Source: Mobula hypostoma
Taxonomy: Eukaryota
Direction of reading: 5' to 3'
DNA: 64,000 bases
Assembly: GCF_963921235.1 (NCBI RefSeq)
Contig: NC_086097.1
Location: 11,470,001 to 11,534,000 of the forward strand
Shown here: positions 36,025-48,346 of the stretch, in pieces
Layout: every line of letters begins with the position of its first letter
Numbering within the stretch: the first letter of the stretch is position 1
Program-made: the position numbers and the translations under genes
Notes under the pieces: generated by a model
The model's input: only the letters and a program-made list of their open reading frames with translations
Databases searched by the model: none
Told to the model about the DNA's origin: nothing

Positions 36025-36321
36025 ATTATTATTTATTCACTTATTTTACACTGCAGAACAGGCCTTTCTGGTTTAGCAAGCCATAAGCCCTGCAACCCAC
36101 TTACTTTACCTTAAGCTAATCACTGAACAATGTACAATGAGCAATTAACCTACTAACTGGTACATCTTTGAAATGTGAGAGGAAACCAGAGCATTTAGAA
36201 GAAACCCATGCGATCATGGGGAGGATGTACAAACTCCTTACAGATGGTGTCAGAATTGCACTCTGAACTCCACCCCCACAGTATTCGCGTTGTGCCAGCT
36301 GCTATGCTGCCATGGTGCCCC
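36025..36321 (-). mobile_element. HE1/V-SINE-like element
   Basis: Antisense core gaggaaaccagagc...gaaacccatgc...gtacaaactccttacaga; antisense head ctatgctgccatggtgccc. Confidence 0.75.
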
Positions 36322-36439
36322 ATGGAACTCAGACATATTTTTTAATCAGCAGTACCACCCCTGTAGTGATACTGAAAAAGAAAAGGCCAGGTTTCTATGT
36401 TTTGTTCATTATAAGAAGAGCAATACCTGAGCTTTGATA

Positions 36440-36705
36440 ACCGTAAGACATAGGAGCAGAGTTAGGCTATTTGGCCCATTGAGTCTGTTTCACCATTCAG
36501 TTTGTCCAGACCCAATCCCAGGCCTTCTCCGTAACTTTTGATGCCGTGTCCAATCACGAACCTATCAATCTCTGCCTCAAATACACCCAGCGACCTGGCT
36601 TCCACAACTGCCTGCGATAACAAATTCCACAAATTCACCACCCTTTGGTTAAATAAATTTCTCTGTATCTCTGCCCCTTTATCCTGAGGCTGTGCCCTGT
36701 TGTTT
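36440..36705 (-). mobile_element. CR1-clade LINE 3' end
   Basis: accgtaagacataggagcagagttaggc...aaattccacaaattcaccaccct. Confidence 0.75.
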
Positions 36706-39700
36706 CAATGATAATGCCATTCCTTGGCTATATGAATTGGTGACATTCATTGTCTAGCGCAGACACAGGACAATTGATTAGAGGGCAGTGTGCCAGAAGG
36801 TTACTTGTTCCTGTTACCCATTTGCACTTAGCAGTAGAAAATTGGCTAAACAGGATAAAAGGGGAAGAAACTTAATTGGAATATACTGTATTTATAAAGT
36901 TTGCAAGTTTTGATGCATTTATTTTCTCTTCAATCCATGAATTGGGTTAGTAATCTTTTTCACCTCTCTTCAACATATGCATAATTTAAATATTTGTGCA
37001 ACCTTCAGTTATGAATCTTAGTGCCATTCTTAAAAGACTGGATTTGTTAAAGCAGCCATAAGCTGGTTTCTTCAAAATTGATTCAGCTTTTAAAGCTAAA
37101 ATCAAGGCATTGTGTTTGAAAACACTAAAAGACGCATTCCATGATAACCTTGAAAACATTTGTCATTCTGTTGAGGTGTATATCTAATTTATCTGACACT
37201 TTGATAAATTATTTACTCCTGTTGCAAAGCCATACAAGAAAGTAGGGCAGTCCTTTATTGTAGTTGACAAACTCTGTAAAAGATTTCATTTTTATCCAGT
37301 GTCCCCTCTTGCTGAATTATTTTTCAATTTATTGGCATTTTTCTTTAAGTGTGTAAGTGACTCTTTCTGCTTTTGGAGCCATGTCTAGCTGTGAACATGA
37401 TGAAAAGTGTTAAGAAAGAGTCCTAACTGCAACATCCTGTTAATTCCAAAAATGGATGCAATCTGTTCTCTAGTTTTGACTTGTTCTAGTCTGGACAGGA
37501 CTGCTTTTTTGGCTGCTTCTCTTGGACAAAATGCAGATTTAATATCCACATTTCTCATTATATACCAGCTGCAGATTTATTGAAGTTGGGGGGCTATTAC
37601 ATTAGATGGGTTTATTTTAAATTTTGTCCTTCATATCTGACCTGTTCATATTTACCAATCTGCATTCAAATTTGACAAAACAATGTATATTCTAATCAAT
37701 TTAAATTCAAATTTTTTTTAAAACTTTGTAGAACTAAGCATATTATCAATACCATGTAACAAAAGCAACATTAAACGTTGCTGTATTGTCTGATGTCTTT
37801 TTTAACAGAGTTGTGTATATTCTACAAATGAATAGGAAATATTAAAATTGATTGCTTGGACCAGGTGTGCATTTATCTAGAGTTGACTAGTAGAATAATT
37901 TGTAACGTGCAGTGTGAATTGCACACTGAGAGTAAATGTCACTTTAATGAATATAGTCAGCTGCTAGAACGACCTTGCACCAGAGGCTGAGTGACCCTTA
38001 ACTAACTTGTAATTTATCTCAAGATAATCTCATTCACATGACATTCTGCTTATTAATAATTGGCCCATTGCTGCAGCTTGCTAGCAGTCTTTAACATTAT
38101 CATGCAAGGTTTGATTCCAGTCATTAGTGAGCAAGTTAACTAAACACTTTATCACATTAAACTATAACCTTTAGTTTATACTGAAAAGGAACAAATTACC
38201 CATGTCTTTATATGGACTGGAAAATTACTCTTTGGCCATTTTAATCATGTGGAGATGTGTGTGCTTTGGTTAATGCAGCATTAGATTCATGCAACTTGTG
38301 TGTCTTGTAAAATAATATTTCAAGTAGACTCCAACATAGTGTAGCTAAGTACTATTCTTACATAAATTCATCTATTCAAACTGTAGCTAGTTTTCCTATT
38401 CATTTAGAAGTTTCACCGCATTCTTCCAGAGTTAAAACTTATCTTTTCAGTGATGTACTGATTAATTTAAAGGACAATTTCATATTTTCAAATTGACCCA
38501 GTGGCCTTTTGGGTATTGAGGTTGATTAGGAAGTGCTATGGATTATTATAATAGAATTTAAATCACTTTTAGAAGAAAAATGATCAGAGTAAAATTGATT
38601 TCAGTCATTTAGATTATTTCTAAAATGGGCTTCAGTAAGGACCTAAGCAGTGATACAACTTTAAACAACCCCATTCCTTTAATTTGAACTTTCCATTTGA
38701 CTAGTTTCTGGGTAACTAAGTGAACTCCAGAAGCAGTTAACCTCTTCCCAGCTGGTTAGTTCTGATTAAGAATTTTTACCCATGATAGTTACAAATACTA
38801 ATTTTAGTGTGACCTCCAGTCATCAGCTACAAACTTAACTATCACTATTGTTTCTTTTCTGGCACTGCTTTCTGTAATGGTATGTTCATCTGTTTATAAC
38901 TATATTTTGTGGGTGTACAGAAACCACTGTAATCTATGCTGTTAGATGAAGCATGAGGAGGACGAAATCTAGATCTAGGAAACAGTATCAAAATAAGCAG
39001 TTGCCCCTTTAAGAATAAGATGGGAAGAATTTCTTTTTTTGGGGGGGGGTTTGCCCAAGAAACTGTTGAGGTTGAATCTTTGAATGTGTCAGATGCGACT
39101 GGGGAAATAAAGATGGAATCAGACAGTCATCTTCACTGGCAGAACAGGGGCTGATTAGGAATAGGAGCTGATTCCTCCAATTTGTGCTCTAAATTGTGCA
39201 TTTTGCCAGCTGTCTAGCCACATGTCCATTTTAAATAAAAACTAAGTTCGACCTTGTGTGTCAGAGTTCAAAGAAACTGCAAATACTGGAAATCTCAAGT
39301 TAAGAAAAATGCTAGAAACATTTGGCAAACAAGACTAGTTGTGAAATGAAAAAAGAAGTTAACACTTTATGTGAAAACCATCGGGCTTAAGACCATTCCA
39401 TTTTATAAGACGCTGAATTCTTCACTTTCAAGACAATATAAAGTATCATCAAGCAAAGAAAATAACATACTGTAGATAGTATGACCATTAGTTAGGGGAA
39501 AGAATATAGACTTTAAAGATCATTCAAGAGGTGGAGTTCTAACAGGTGATTAATTTAGGGCCAAGCCAACTTCATGTATTTGTGCAATAATCCATTACTC
39601 AGGTAGGAGGAGTTTTATTTCAGATTGTGCATACTTCTCACCAAATTACTTTTTTGTAGGTCTAAGTTCCAGGACTGCAGTTGTAAAAAAATTTTTTGCT

Positions 39701-40542
39701 GAATTCTGAGTAGACTTTTGAGCTATGTGGGCCAGACCAGATTATAAATTAAATGCACCTGCTGCCTTTTTACATCTGTAATAAAATAATTTAATGCCCA
39801 TAAAGGCAGTCCTGGATTTTATAAGAATTTCTATTATGGTTGGACGACAGATTAAAATTTACCCTACTTATTTAATAACAGCTCTTGGTAGATATGCAAA
39901 AACCCAATTCTCCACTGACATAATGTTTTAATCATATTTATATTTTTTAATTTGCATTATTGGGCCCTGATGGTATGAAGGAAAAGTCAAAAGCATTTTG
40001 ATTATGAGTTCTTTATGTTTTGCAGAAAGGGCTGTTTTTTGTAAATTAATTTTTAATAGCCATGTTGGTTTTTAATCAGTGAAATTCCCATCTGGATTAT
40101 ATGGTACAATAATATTTTTCCCATATTTTTGTTTCTACTTTGCGATTACAAATTGTTACTGTAGTGTGCATCCAACATCTTTCTGCTTCAATATGTATTC
40201 CTTAAAGAAACACAAGAGCTACCTTTCCATTTCCTTTTGGTGAAATACCTGACCTCCAATTAACACCTAATAATGGCACAATTTAAATTAATGATGTACC
40301 ATAACTGATGTACTGATTTATGGAATTCAGTTACTGTTCTGCATCATGTTGAGTCAGTCGTTCTACATATTCCTTGGAAGTTTGTGTAACTTAAATACTT
40401 TAATTGATTTACTTAGTATTTGAAGAAATTCCTCTGTTACTGTATTTAATAAAATTTAGCAATTTTGAGTTTTCCTTTGTTGTATCTGTTTTACCTTATT
40501 ACTTCAGATATATGCTGTATTTAACACTATCCTTCCCTCCAG

Positions 40543-40663
40543 CTGCTTCTAGACGCGGTGACCTGGAAATCCTGGGATATTGCATGTTGCAGTGGCTTAG
40601 TGGACAGTTGCCTTGGGAAGACAATCTAAAGGATGCAAACTACGTCAGAGATGAAAAACTGAA
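40543..40663 (+). CDS. VRK1: VRK1 coding exon, 121 nt ([40 protein letters not shown])
   Basis: ctccag acceptor, gtaaga donor; SRRGDLE and LPW motifs; visible within ORF 40404..40667. Confidence 0.96.
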
Positions 40664-40756
40664 GTAAGAATATGGATACATACTATTTTAAAGTAAATTA
40701 CTAGCTACATATGCACCTCTCATTTTAGATGCTGCTGGATCATCTGCCTATTTGTA

Positions 40757-41137
40757 ATAATGTGCCATGTCGTATGACGTGGCTGCTCATGGTCCCATGA
40801 CCATGATTGCTGTTGGCAAATCTTGGACAGAAGTGGTTTGCTATTGCCTTCTTCTAGACAGTATCTTTGCAAGACGGGTGACCCCAGCCATTATCAATAC
40901 TATTCAGAGATCGTCTGCCTGGTGTCAGTGGTCACATAACCAGGACTTATATGCAGCAGCTGCTCATATGACCAATCACCACCTACTCCTGTGGCTTCAT
41001 GTGACCCTGATCCCGAGGGTAGGGGGGGTGTTAGCTAAGCAGATGCTACACCTTGCCCAAGGGTGACCTGCAAGTTAGCGGAAGGAAGGAGCCCCTTGCA
41101 TCTCCTTTGGGAAAGACGCATCTCCACCCTGCCACCC
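40757..41137 (-). mobile_element. RTE-related SINE-like element (copy 2)
   Basis: Reverse-complement homologue of 24869-25216; ends tctccaccctgccaccc. Confidence 0.75.
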
Positions 41138-42357
41138 AACCCTGCTGTCTATTAACCAGCTTGAATTAAGCTATTTGATCCATTGTTATAAAGGTCTGTT
41201 TGCCTATGTCCTATTTTGCATAACACCAGGCTATTAGAAGGCAAATTTAATGTTTTGTTAATTTCAATTGATTTCACTTCTAACAAACTGCTATACTCTT
41301 TTCTGAATGAGCATTAGACAAAATCATTTATTCAAGTTTCTAAAATTACAGAATTAAAACTTCCTGATATGGGAATAAAAGTACTGCCCCTGAACCATAT
41401 CAAATAAACGTAATGTTCTTGTGTAAATGTTTGACCAAAAAATAGCATGGCATAGTTTTGGATGTCTGGTTAAGGCAGTTCATAAATTCAGAAGACCATA
41501 AGACATATTGTCCTATGAACTACCTTAACAAGGCATTCAAAACGATGGTCCACACATTAATGAGAATAGAAAGACCAGTCACATAGATGTGGCTAAAGGG
41601 ATGAAGCAGAAGGGAAGGTTTTTGATTTTCTTGGTCACTTGGACTGTTTTTGAGGGAAGATGTAATCTGTGTGAGTGCAGCTAAGCCAGAACAGGTCCTT
41701 TCTTGAGCCTTTGGGAAGGGCTTAAATTAATCTTATCAGGAGAGTGGACCATGGTAGACATGCTGAAGGAGGTGATGACCAGACAAATATAAAGTGAAGG
41801 TCAGCTGTCCAAACAGATGGGTTGAATGCAAAACTGATTACATTTGTTTTGATGCATGACATTTGACAAGTAAAGTTGATGAAATGAGAGTGGTGATTAA
41901 CATAAAGGAACCTGATATTGTTGCTATCCACATGGTTGAAAGATGAGCAGGACTGGTAACACAGTATTCCAAAGAGCAGACCTTTCAGTCACGATGGTGG
42001 AGAAATGTAAATGAGTAGATGGCAGGGAGTCCATGACTTCAGTAAGGGGAGATTTTCAAATGATGCCATATGGATAGAGCACTAAAACTGAAGGGGGGTT
42101 ATCATTTTGATGGTGAGGGTTTACTTAAGAACTCCAAATAGTTATTGGGTTGGGAACATAGAATATGGAACATAGATGAGCTGAGGGATCTTGGACTCCA
42201 AGTTAATGTCTCCTTTAAAGTAGTTCACTGGTACATAGGACAGTAATGAAGGCACGTGCCATGCTTTCCTTTATTAGTCGAGAATTGAGTTGGGAGGTCA
42301 TGTTGTAACTTTATAAAACTAGGTCATATCTGGAGTATTGCATTCTGTTCTGATTTC

Positions 42358-43526
42358 TTCAAAGGTTCAATTTAATGTCAGAGAAATGTATACAATATAC
42401 ATCCTCTCTGACGGTGGTGTCTGAAAAGAGGATGCTGTCCAAGTTGCATGCCATCTTGGACAATGTCTCCCATCCACTACATAATGTACTGGTTGGGCAC
42501 AGGAGTACATTCAGCCAGAGACTCATTCCACCAAGATGCAACAGAGAGCGTCATAGGAAGTCATTCCTGCCTGTGGCCATCAAACTTTACAACTCCTCCC
42601 CTGGAGGGTTGGACACCCTGAGCCAATAGGCTGGTCCTGGACTTATTTCCTGGCATAATTAACATATTACTATTTAACTATTTGTGGTCTTATTACTATT
42701 TAATTATTTATGGTGCAACTGTAACGAAAACCAATTTCCCCCGAGATCAATGAAGTATGACTATGACTATACTATGACTATCCTGAAATGCTTTTTCTTT
42801 GCAAGCATCTACAAAACAGAGAGGTGCCCCAAAGAATGAACGACAGTTAAACGTAAGAACCCTAAAGTATCCCCCCAGTTCCCCTCCCTCTTGCACGTAG
42901 CAGCAGTGAGCAACAATCCCCCCTCCTCCCCACCAGCAAAAATAAAGCAAGCATCAGCACCATCACCGAGCACTCAAGCGTGAGGAAAGCAGTAGCAAAG
43001 ACACAGACTTGCAGTTACCCCCAAAGACCCGACATTTGACATACCGCAGATTCTCTCTCTCTCCCTAATAAGGGAGAAAGAGGTATCTCCATTCTCCCAG
43101 CGAGCGGGGAGACATAGCAAACAACTTGCTGGTTTACAAAGTTAAAAGTCAGTTAATCACTTTTTTTGAGCTCTGTGCCTGAGGATCGCAAAGATCCCGG
43201 GTCTTCGAGCCCACAGCAGTAGATTTTCCGACTCTCCCAACAATACACAGGTCTCCTACCATGACACTGACCTTCGATCCACCCGTCTCCAGAGTTTAGG
43301 CTTCCGAATTCGAGCCAGACTCTCAGACCGAACCCTTGGTGTGCCCAACAACGGCCGGTCCTGAAACCCCAAGAATGGGTCCCGTTCCCGCAAAGAACCA
43401 GAATCAACGTGTAACTCCAGGTCAGGGTCTTCAAAAGAACACTGAAAGGGAAAAGTAAAGGTGTTAAAGATGGAAATAGAGCTGTTTCCAAAGATGCACG
43501 CAAAGGAGTGGCCGTTTAGCGCCATT
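42358..43526 (-). mobile_element. Non-autonomous LINE-derived element (~800 bp without its nested insert)
   Basis: Antisense tail tcaaaggttcaatttaatgtc; minus-strand 5' end aatggcgctaaacggcc; CpG-rich body. Confidence 0.6.
42406..42779 (+). mobile_element. Young Rex1-like LINE 3' end
   Basis: VVSEKRMLSKLHAILDNVSHPLHNVL...RLIPPRCNRERHRKSFLPVAIKLYN; (ATGACT)n tail; flanked by atcct on both sides. Confidence 0.8.
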
Positions 43527-43856
43527 CATTATAAGAAAGATGCCCGAGGCTTTGGGGAGGGTGCAGAAGAGATTAATCAGGATGCTGCCTGCACTAGAGG
43601 GCATGTGCTGTCAGGAGAGGGTGCACAAATTTGGGCATTGTGTAGGCGGAAGGAATTGGTTGGGCATTTGACTACCAATTGAATTTGTTGGGCACCACAT
43701 TGTAGACCGAAAAGCCGGTACCTTTGTTGTACTGTTTTAATGTGCTAATATTTTTTTTTGCACCCAAAAGTTGGTTGTTATTCGGAATACTTTGCCTGAG
43801 GATGTGGTGGAGCGAGAATTTAGGTGAACATTTGAACAGCCATTTTATAGAAGGAA

Positions 43857-44080
43857 CCAGAATCAGGTTTAACATCACTGGCATGTGTCATGAAATGTGT
43901 TGTTTTGCGGCAGCAGTACATTGCAATACACAATAAAAAGAATTATAAATTAGAATAGGCAATGTATTTTTTTAATGAGCCATGCAAAAAGGAGCAAAAA
44001 AAATCTTGAGGTGGTGTACATGGGCTCATTGTCCATTCAAGAATCCAATAGTGGAGAGGAAGAGATTGTTCCTAAAATGT
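43857..44080 (-). mobile_element. Rex1/Babar-like 3' end
   Basis: cagaatcaggtttaacatcactggcatgtgtcatgaaatgtgttgttttgcggcagcagtaca, the antisense of the tail at 3770-3838. Confidence 0.7.
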
Positions 44081-44587
44081 ACATGTTAAATATTTCTAAA
44101 GGGTATGGACCTGTTCTGTTAAATGTAAAAAGGCAATTTTGTGCTGCTTGACTGAAGATGGGGAAATTCTGTACATTATTCTCTGGATTAGAAAGTGAGG
44201 AGAATATTTGGAATGTGAAAATTTATGTTCAGTTATTGAATAAGAGGAGCCTTAGACATTAGAAATGATTGAGGCTGAGAATATGTATTAAGAAACATGG
44301 AATTACTCGTTGAAATAAGGATACAAGTCTCTGGTCATGGGATATGAAAGTGTGCTTGACCTTGGTTTGATAAAGCAAAGGTACAGGAGAATGTAGAAGG
44401 AAGACATTTTATTACTAAGCCATTGTTTAAGGAGAGTCAGGATCAGTGACTCAATGTTTCTGGTTGCAGGGTTAACAGACAAGCAAGATAAGAGGTGCAT
44501 CTGTGTAAAGTGTTGATGTTAGAAGGATCATCAAGTGAGCCTATATGATTTAAGCAACATGAAAGGGAAATCTCACTGTTAATGGAT

Positions 44588-46492
44588 GGAGTTATAGAAA
44601 AGTACAACACAGAACAGGTTCCTTGGTCCATCTAGTCCATGCCGAAACCATTTAAACTGCCTAATCGCATTGACCTGCACCAGGAGCATAGCCGTCCGTA
44701 CCACTACCGTCCATGTACCTATCCAAACTTCTCTTAAGTGTTGAAATCGAGCTTGCTTGCATGCACCACTTGGTCTGGGAGCTTGTTCCACACTCTCATG
44801 ACCCTCTGAAGAAGTTTCGCCTCATGTTTCCCTTAAAATTTTCACCTTTCACCCCTAACCCATGACTTCTGGTTGTGGTCCCATGTAACCTCAGTGGAAA
44901 AAGCCTGTTTGCATTAACCCAAACTATACCTCTCATTATTTTGTATACCTCTTATTAAATCTCCCCTCAATTTTGTACGTTCCAAGGAATAAAGTCCTAA
45001 CCTGTTCAATCTTTCCTTTTAACTCACATCCTCCAGATGCAGCAACATCCTTGTAGGTTTTCTCTGTACTCTTTCAACCTTATTTACTGTAGATATTTCC
45101 TGTAGGTTGGTGACCGAAGCTTGACATAATACTCCAAATTAAGCCTCACCAATGTCGTATACAGCTTCAACATAACATTCCATCTCCTGTACTCAACACT
45201 TCGACTTATGAAGGGCAATGTGCCAAAAGCTTTCTTTATGACCCTATTTACCTGTGATGCGACTTTCAATAAATTATAGACCTGTATTCCCAGATCGCTT
45301 TGTTCTACCGCACTTCAGTGCCCTACTATTCACTCTGTAAGGCCTACTCTAGTTGGTCCTACTCAAGTGCAGCACCTTGCAATTGTCTGCATTAAGATCC
45401 GTATGCTGTTTTTCAGACTATTTTTCCAGCTGGTCCAGATCCAGCTGCAATCCACAAAAGCCTTCCTCACTGTTCACTATACCCACAATCTTGGTGACAT
45501 CCCCAAATTTGCTGATCCAGTTATTCACATTATCATCCAAATTGTTGAGCATAAAACATAGAACAGTACAGCACACTACAGGCCCTTTGGCCCACAATGT
45601 TGTGCTGACCCTCAAACCATGCCTCCCATATAACCCCCCACCTTAAATTCCTCCATATACCTGTCTAGTAGTCTCTTAAATTTCACTAGTGTATCTGCCT
45701 CCACCACTGACTCAGGCAGTGCATTCCACGCACCAACCACTCTCTGAGTAAAAAACCTTCCTCTAATATCCCCCTTGAACTTCCCACCCTTTACCTTAAA
45801 GCCATGTCGTCTTGTATTGAGCAGTGGTGCCCTGGGGAAGAGGCGCTGGCTATCCATTCTATCTATTCCTCTTAGTATCTTGTATACCCCTATCATGTCT
45901 CCTCTCATCCTCCTCCTCTCCAAAGAGTAAAGCCCGAGCTCCCTTAATCTCTGATCATAATGCATACTCTTTAAACCAGGCAGCATCCTGGTAAATCTCC
46001 TCTGTACCCTTTCCAATGCTTCCACATCCTTCCTATAGTGAGGAGACCAGAACTGGACACAGTACTCCAAGTGTGGCCTAACCAGAGTTTTATAGAGCTG
46101 CATCATTACCTCGCGACTCTTAAACTCTATCCCTCGACTTATGAAAGCTAACACCCCATAAGCTTTCTTAACTACCCGATCTACCTGTGAGGCAACTTTC
46201 AGGGATCTGTGGACATGTACCCCCAGATCCCTCTGCTCCTCCACACTACCAAGTATCCTGCCATTTACTTTGTACTCTGCCTTGGAGTTTGTCCTTCCAA
46301 AGTGTACCACCTCACACTTGTTACAGATAACAAATAACAATGGACCTAGCACCAATCCCTGCAGCACTCCACTAGTCGTAGACCTCCAGTCAGAGAGGCA
46401 ACCATTTGCTCCCACAATGCCAATTTACCACCTCCTATTGAATGCGGAGCAACTGAACATTCTTTACCAACCTCCCAGGCAGGACCTTGGAT
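44588..46492 (-). mobile_element. CR1 fragment containing a younger CR1 (45551-46320) in the same orientation
   Basis: Outer: LDDNVNNWISKFGDVTKI and SGVLQGLVLGPLLFVI. Inner: stop-free KCEVVHFG...YKTLVRPHLEYCVQFWSPHYRKD...YMGGMV with its own tail (antisense cataaaacatagaacagtacagc). Confidence 0.88.
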
Positions 46493-46953
46493 AAGAAAGT
46501 CAAAGCCAAAGTTGAGTTTAGAGTTGTGTCCAGTTCACATTTTTAGCCTTTCAGAAGGGTTTAAGTATGCACAATTAAAAGAAGAGGTCAAAACCTGCAA
46601 TAGGGAGGGGTGCAATATGCAGTCATGGATGGAGGACTGGTTGGAAGATAAAAAAAACTGCTGAGTGTTTTCAGGAGTTTTTTGTTTGTTATTTCAGATC
46701 TCCAGCATTGCAGTTTTAATTTTCATTGCCAAGTCCCTCCTAAAACCAAAGACACACGTTGCAAATTTGTTCATTGGGCTATGAATAACAAGACGTATGG
46801 AAACTCTCCCACAGTTAAATAAAGGAATCATGCTTTCTGAAGTTGAAATCTTTCATGTATTTCAGTTCTTGATTTGGTACTTTGTTCTTTGTAGAATAGT
46901 CTATAATAGGACAGCAAAATTAAATCATTCTGAATCTATTTTTCCTATTGCAG

Positions 46954-47012
46954 ATACAGAGAAAATCTTCCAAGCTTGATGGAGAAATGTTTTTCTTGCA
47001 AAAATAAACCAG
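46954..47012 (+). CDS. VRK1: VRK1 coding exon, 59 nt (KYRENLPSLMEKCFSCKNKP)
   Basis: ttgcag acceptor, gtgggg donor; resembles VRK1 YRENIASLMDKCFPEKNKP; phases fit neighbours. Confidence 0.92.
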
Positions 47013-47191
47013 GTGGGGAACTCATCATGTAAATTCCCATGTAAGATTTCCTAGTTGTTTATTGCATTGAGGTAGAAGGATGGGGAAAATATGTAAAGAG
47101 ATGGTGACTAGCACAGTTTAATTAATAATTAGAAAAGTTAATTTTATCTTCAAGTCTATCCCAGATCTTATTACAATTTCAGCCAGGTACT

Positions 47192-47511
47192 ATCATCATC
47201 ATCTTTATGTGTCTTGTATGACATGGGTGATAATGGTCCATCCGTGACCATAAATGTTCCTGGGAAATTTGTCTGCAGAAGTGGTTTGGCATTGCCTTCT
47301 GGACAGTATCTTTACAAGATGGGTGACCCCAGCCATTATCAATACTCTTCAGAAATTGTCTGCCTGGCATTACTAGGAATTGTGATATTCAGCAGCTGCT
47401 TATACAAACAGCCACCACCTGTGACCCTGATCGGAGGGGTGGGCTTGCAAAGGGAAAACGCCGTACTGCCTTGCACCTCCTTTGGTAGAGGCGCATCTCC
47501 ACCCTGCCACC
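47192..47511 (-). mobile_element. RTE-related SINE-like element (copy 3)
   Basis: gaagtggtttggcattgccttct...gggtgaccccagccattatcaatact...gcatctccaccctgccacc, homologous to copies 1 and 2. Confidence 0.75.
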
Positions 47512-48167
47512 TATCAGCTTTGAGGGTTGGATTAAAACGGTTATAAGATCACTGGTGTACATTATGGTCATTTTGTTCAGTATATATTGTTTTTTATCAC
47601 CCTATATAATTGGTTTGCAACACTAAAGGAAAACGACACCAGCAGTGATTTTCGCATACAACAATATCTTTGACACTTGTATAATAATTGGGACAGGGTA
47701 CAAAAAAATAAGATAATCTGATAGCTTGATCTAGCTTAAATTATCACTTTTTAGTATTGAACTGGATGTTATATTTATCTGCAAAGCTCTAAAGATGATT
47801 TTTAAGGCCATTTTTCAGAAATAGCTGCCATATTGTAGGAGGCCACTTAGCACTGCATCCACTCAGTCACTGGGATTTTGGAACTTGTCATATGAGAGGG
47901 GCCTGTAGAAGAAAAAAATTATTTTTGAATATTTATTAATACTGACAGCTCGTTGCAGTTCTTTCTATTTAACTATGGACCAAAGTGGCTGGTGGAGGTC
48001 AAGTTTGAGAAAGAAAGCTGGTCTCAATTTTTTTGAGGGGGCTGGAATTCTCAGTCTAATTTGACCTATAACCACTGTCCCAAGAAGACTAAAAAAAATA
48101 GAAATTGCTGGAAGATATGAAAGAAACAAATTTAACATTTCAAACCAATGATTTTTCTTTCCTACAG

Positions 48168-48346
48168 TTGAATTATCGAAGTATTTTGAAGATGTAATAT
48201 CACTTGGTTACAAAGACAGACCACACTACCAGAAACTAAGAGATATCCTTAAGCAAGGACTTAAATCCATTGGCTGTGTAGATGATGGTAATTTGGTGTT
48301 AGCAGCGTCTTCCAATGGTGATGCCCCAACAACATCCAAGGCACAG
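48168..48346 (+). CDS. VRK1: VRK1 coding exon, 179 nt (VELSKYFEDVISLGYKDRPHYQKLRDILKQGLKSIGCVDDGNLVLAASSNGDAPTTSKAQ)
   Basis: ctacag acceptor, gtacaa donor; LRDILxQGLKxIGxxDDG end-of-kinase motif. Confidence 0.9.

Larger units (their letters stand above)
42170..43740 (+). mobile_element. Old CR1 3' fragment hosting two nested insertions
   Basis: gagggatcttgga...ctggagtattgcattctgttctg (to ~42355) continues at ~43527 cattataagaaagatg...gagggtgcagaagagatt. Confidence 0.7.
1391..48346 (+). other. VRK1: VRK1 gene body (partial; span of the 8 internal coding exons found)
   Basis: Exon phases are mutually compatible and splice to [45 protein letters not shown]...[11 protein letters not shown]...[29 protein letters not shown]...[29 protein letters not shown]..., matching VRK1 ([26 protein letters not shown]) better than VRK2/3. 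Confidence 0.95.
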
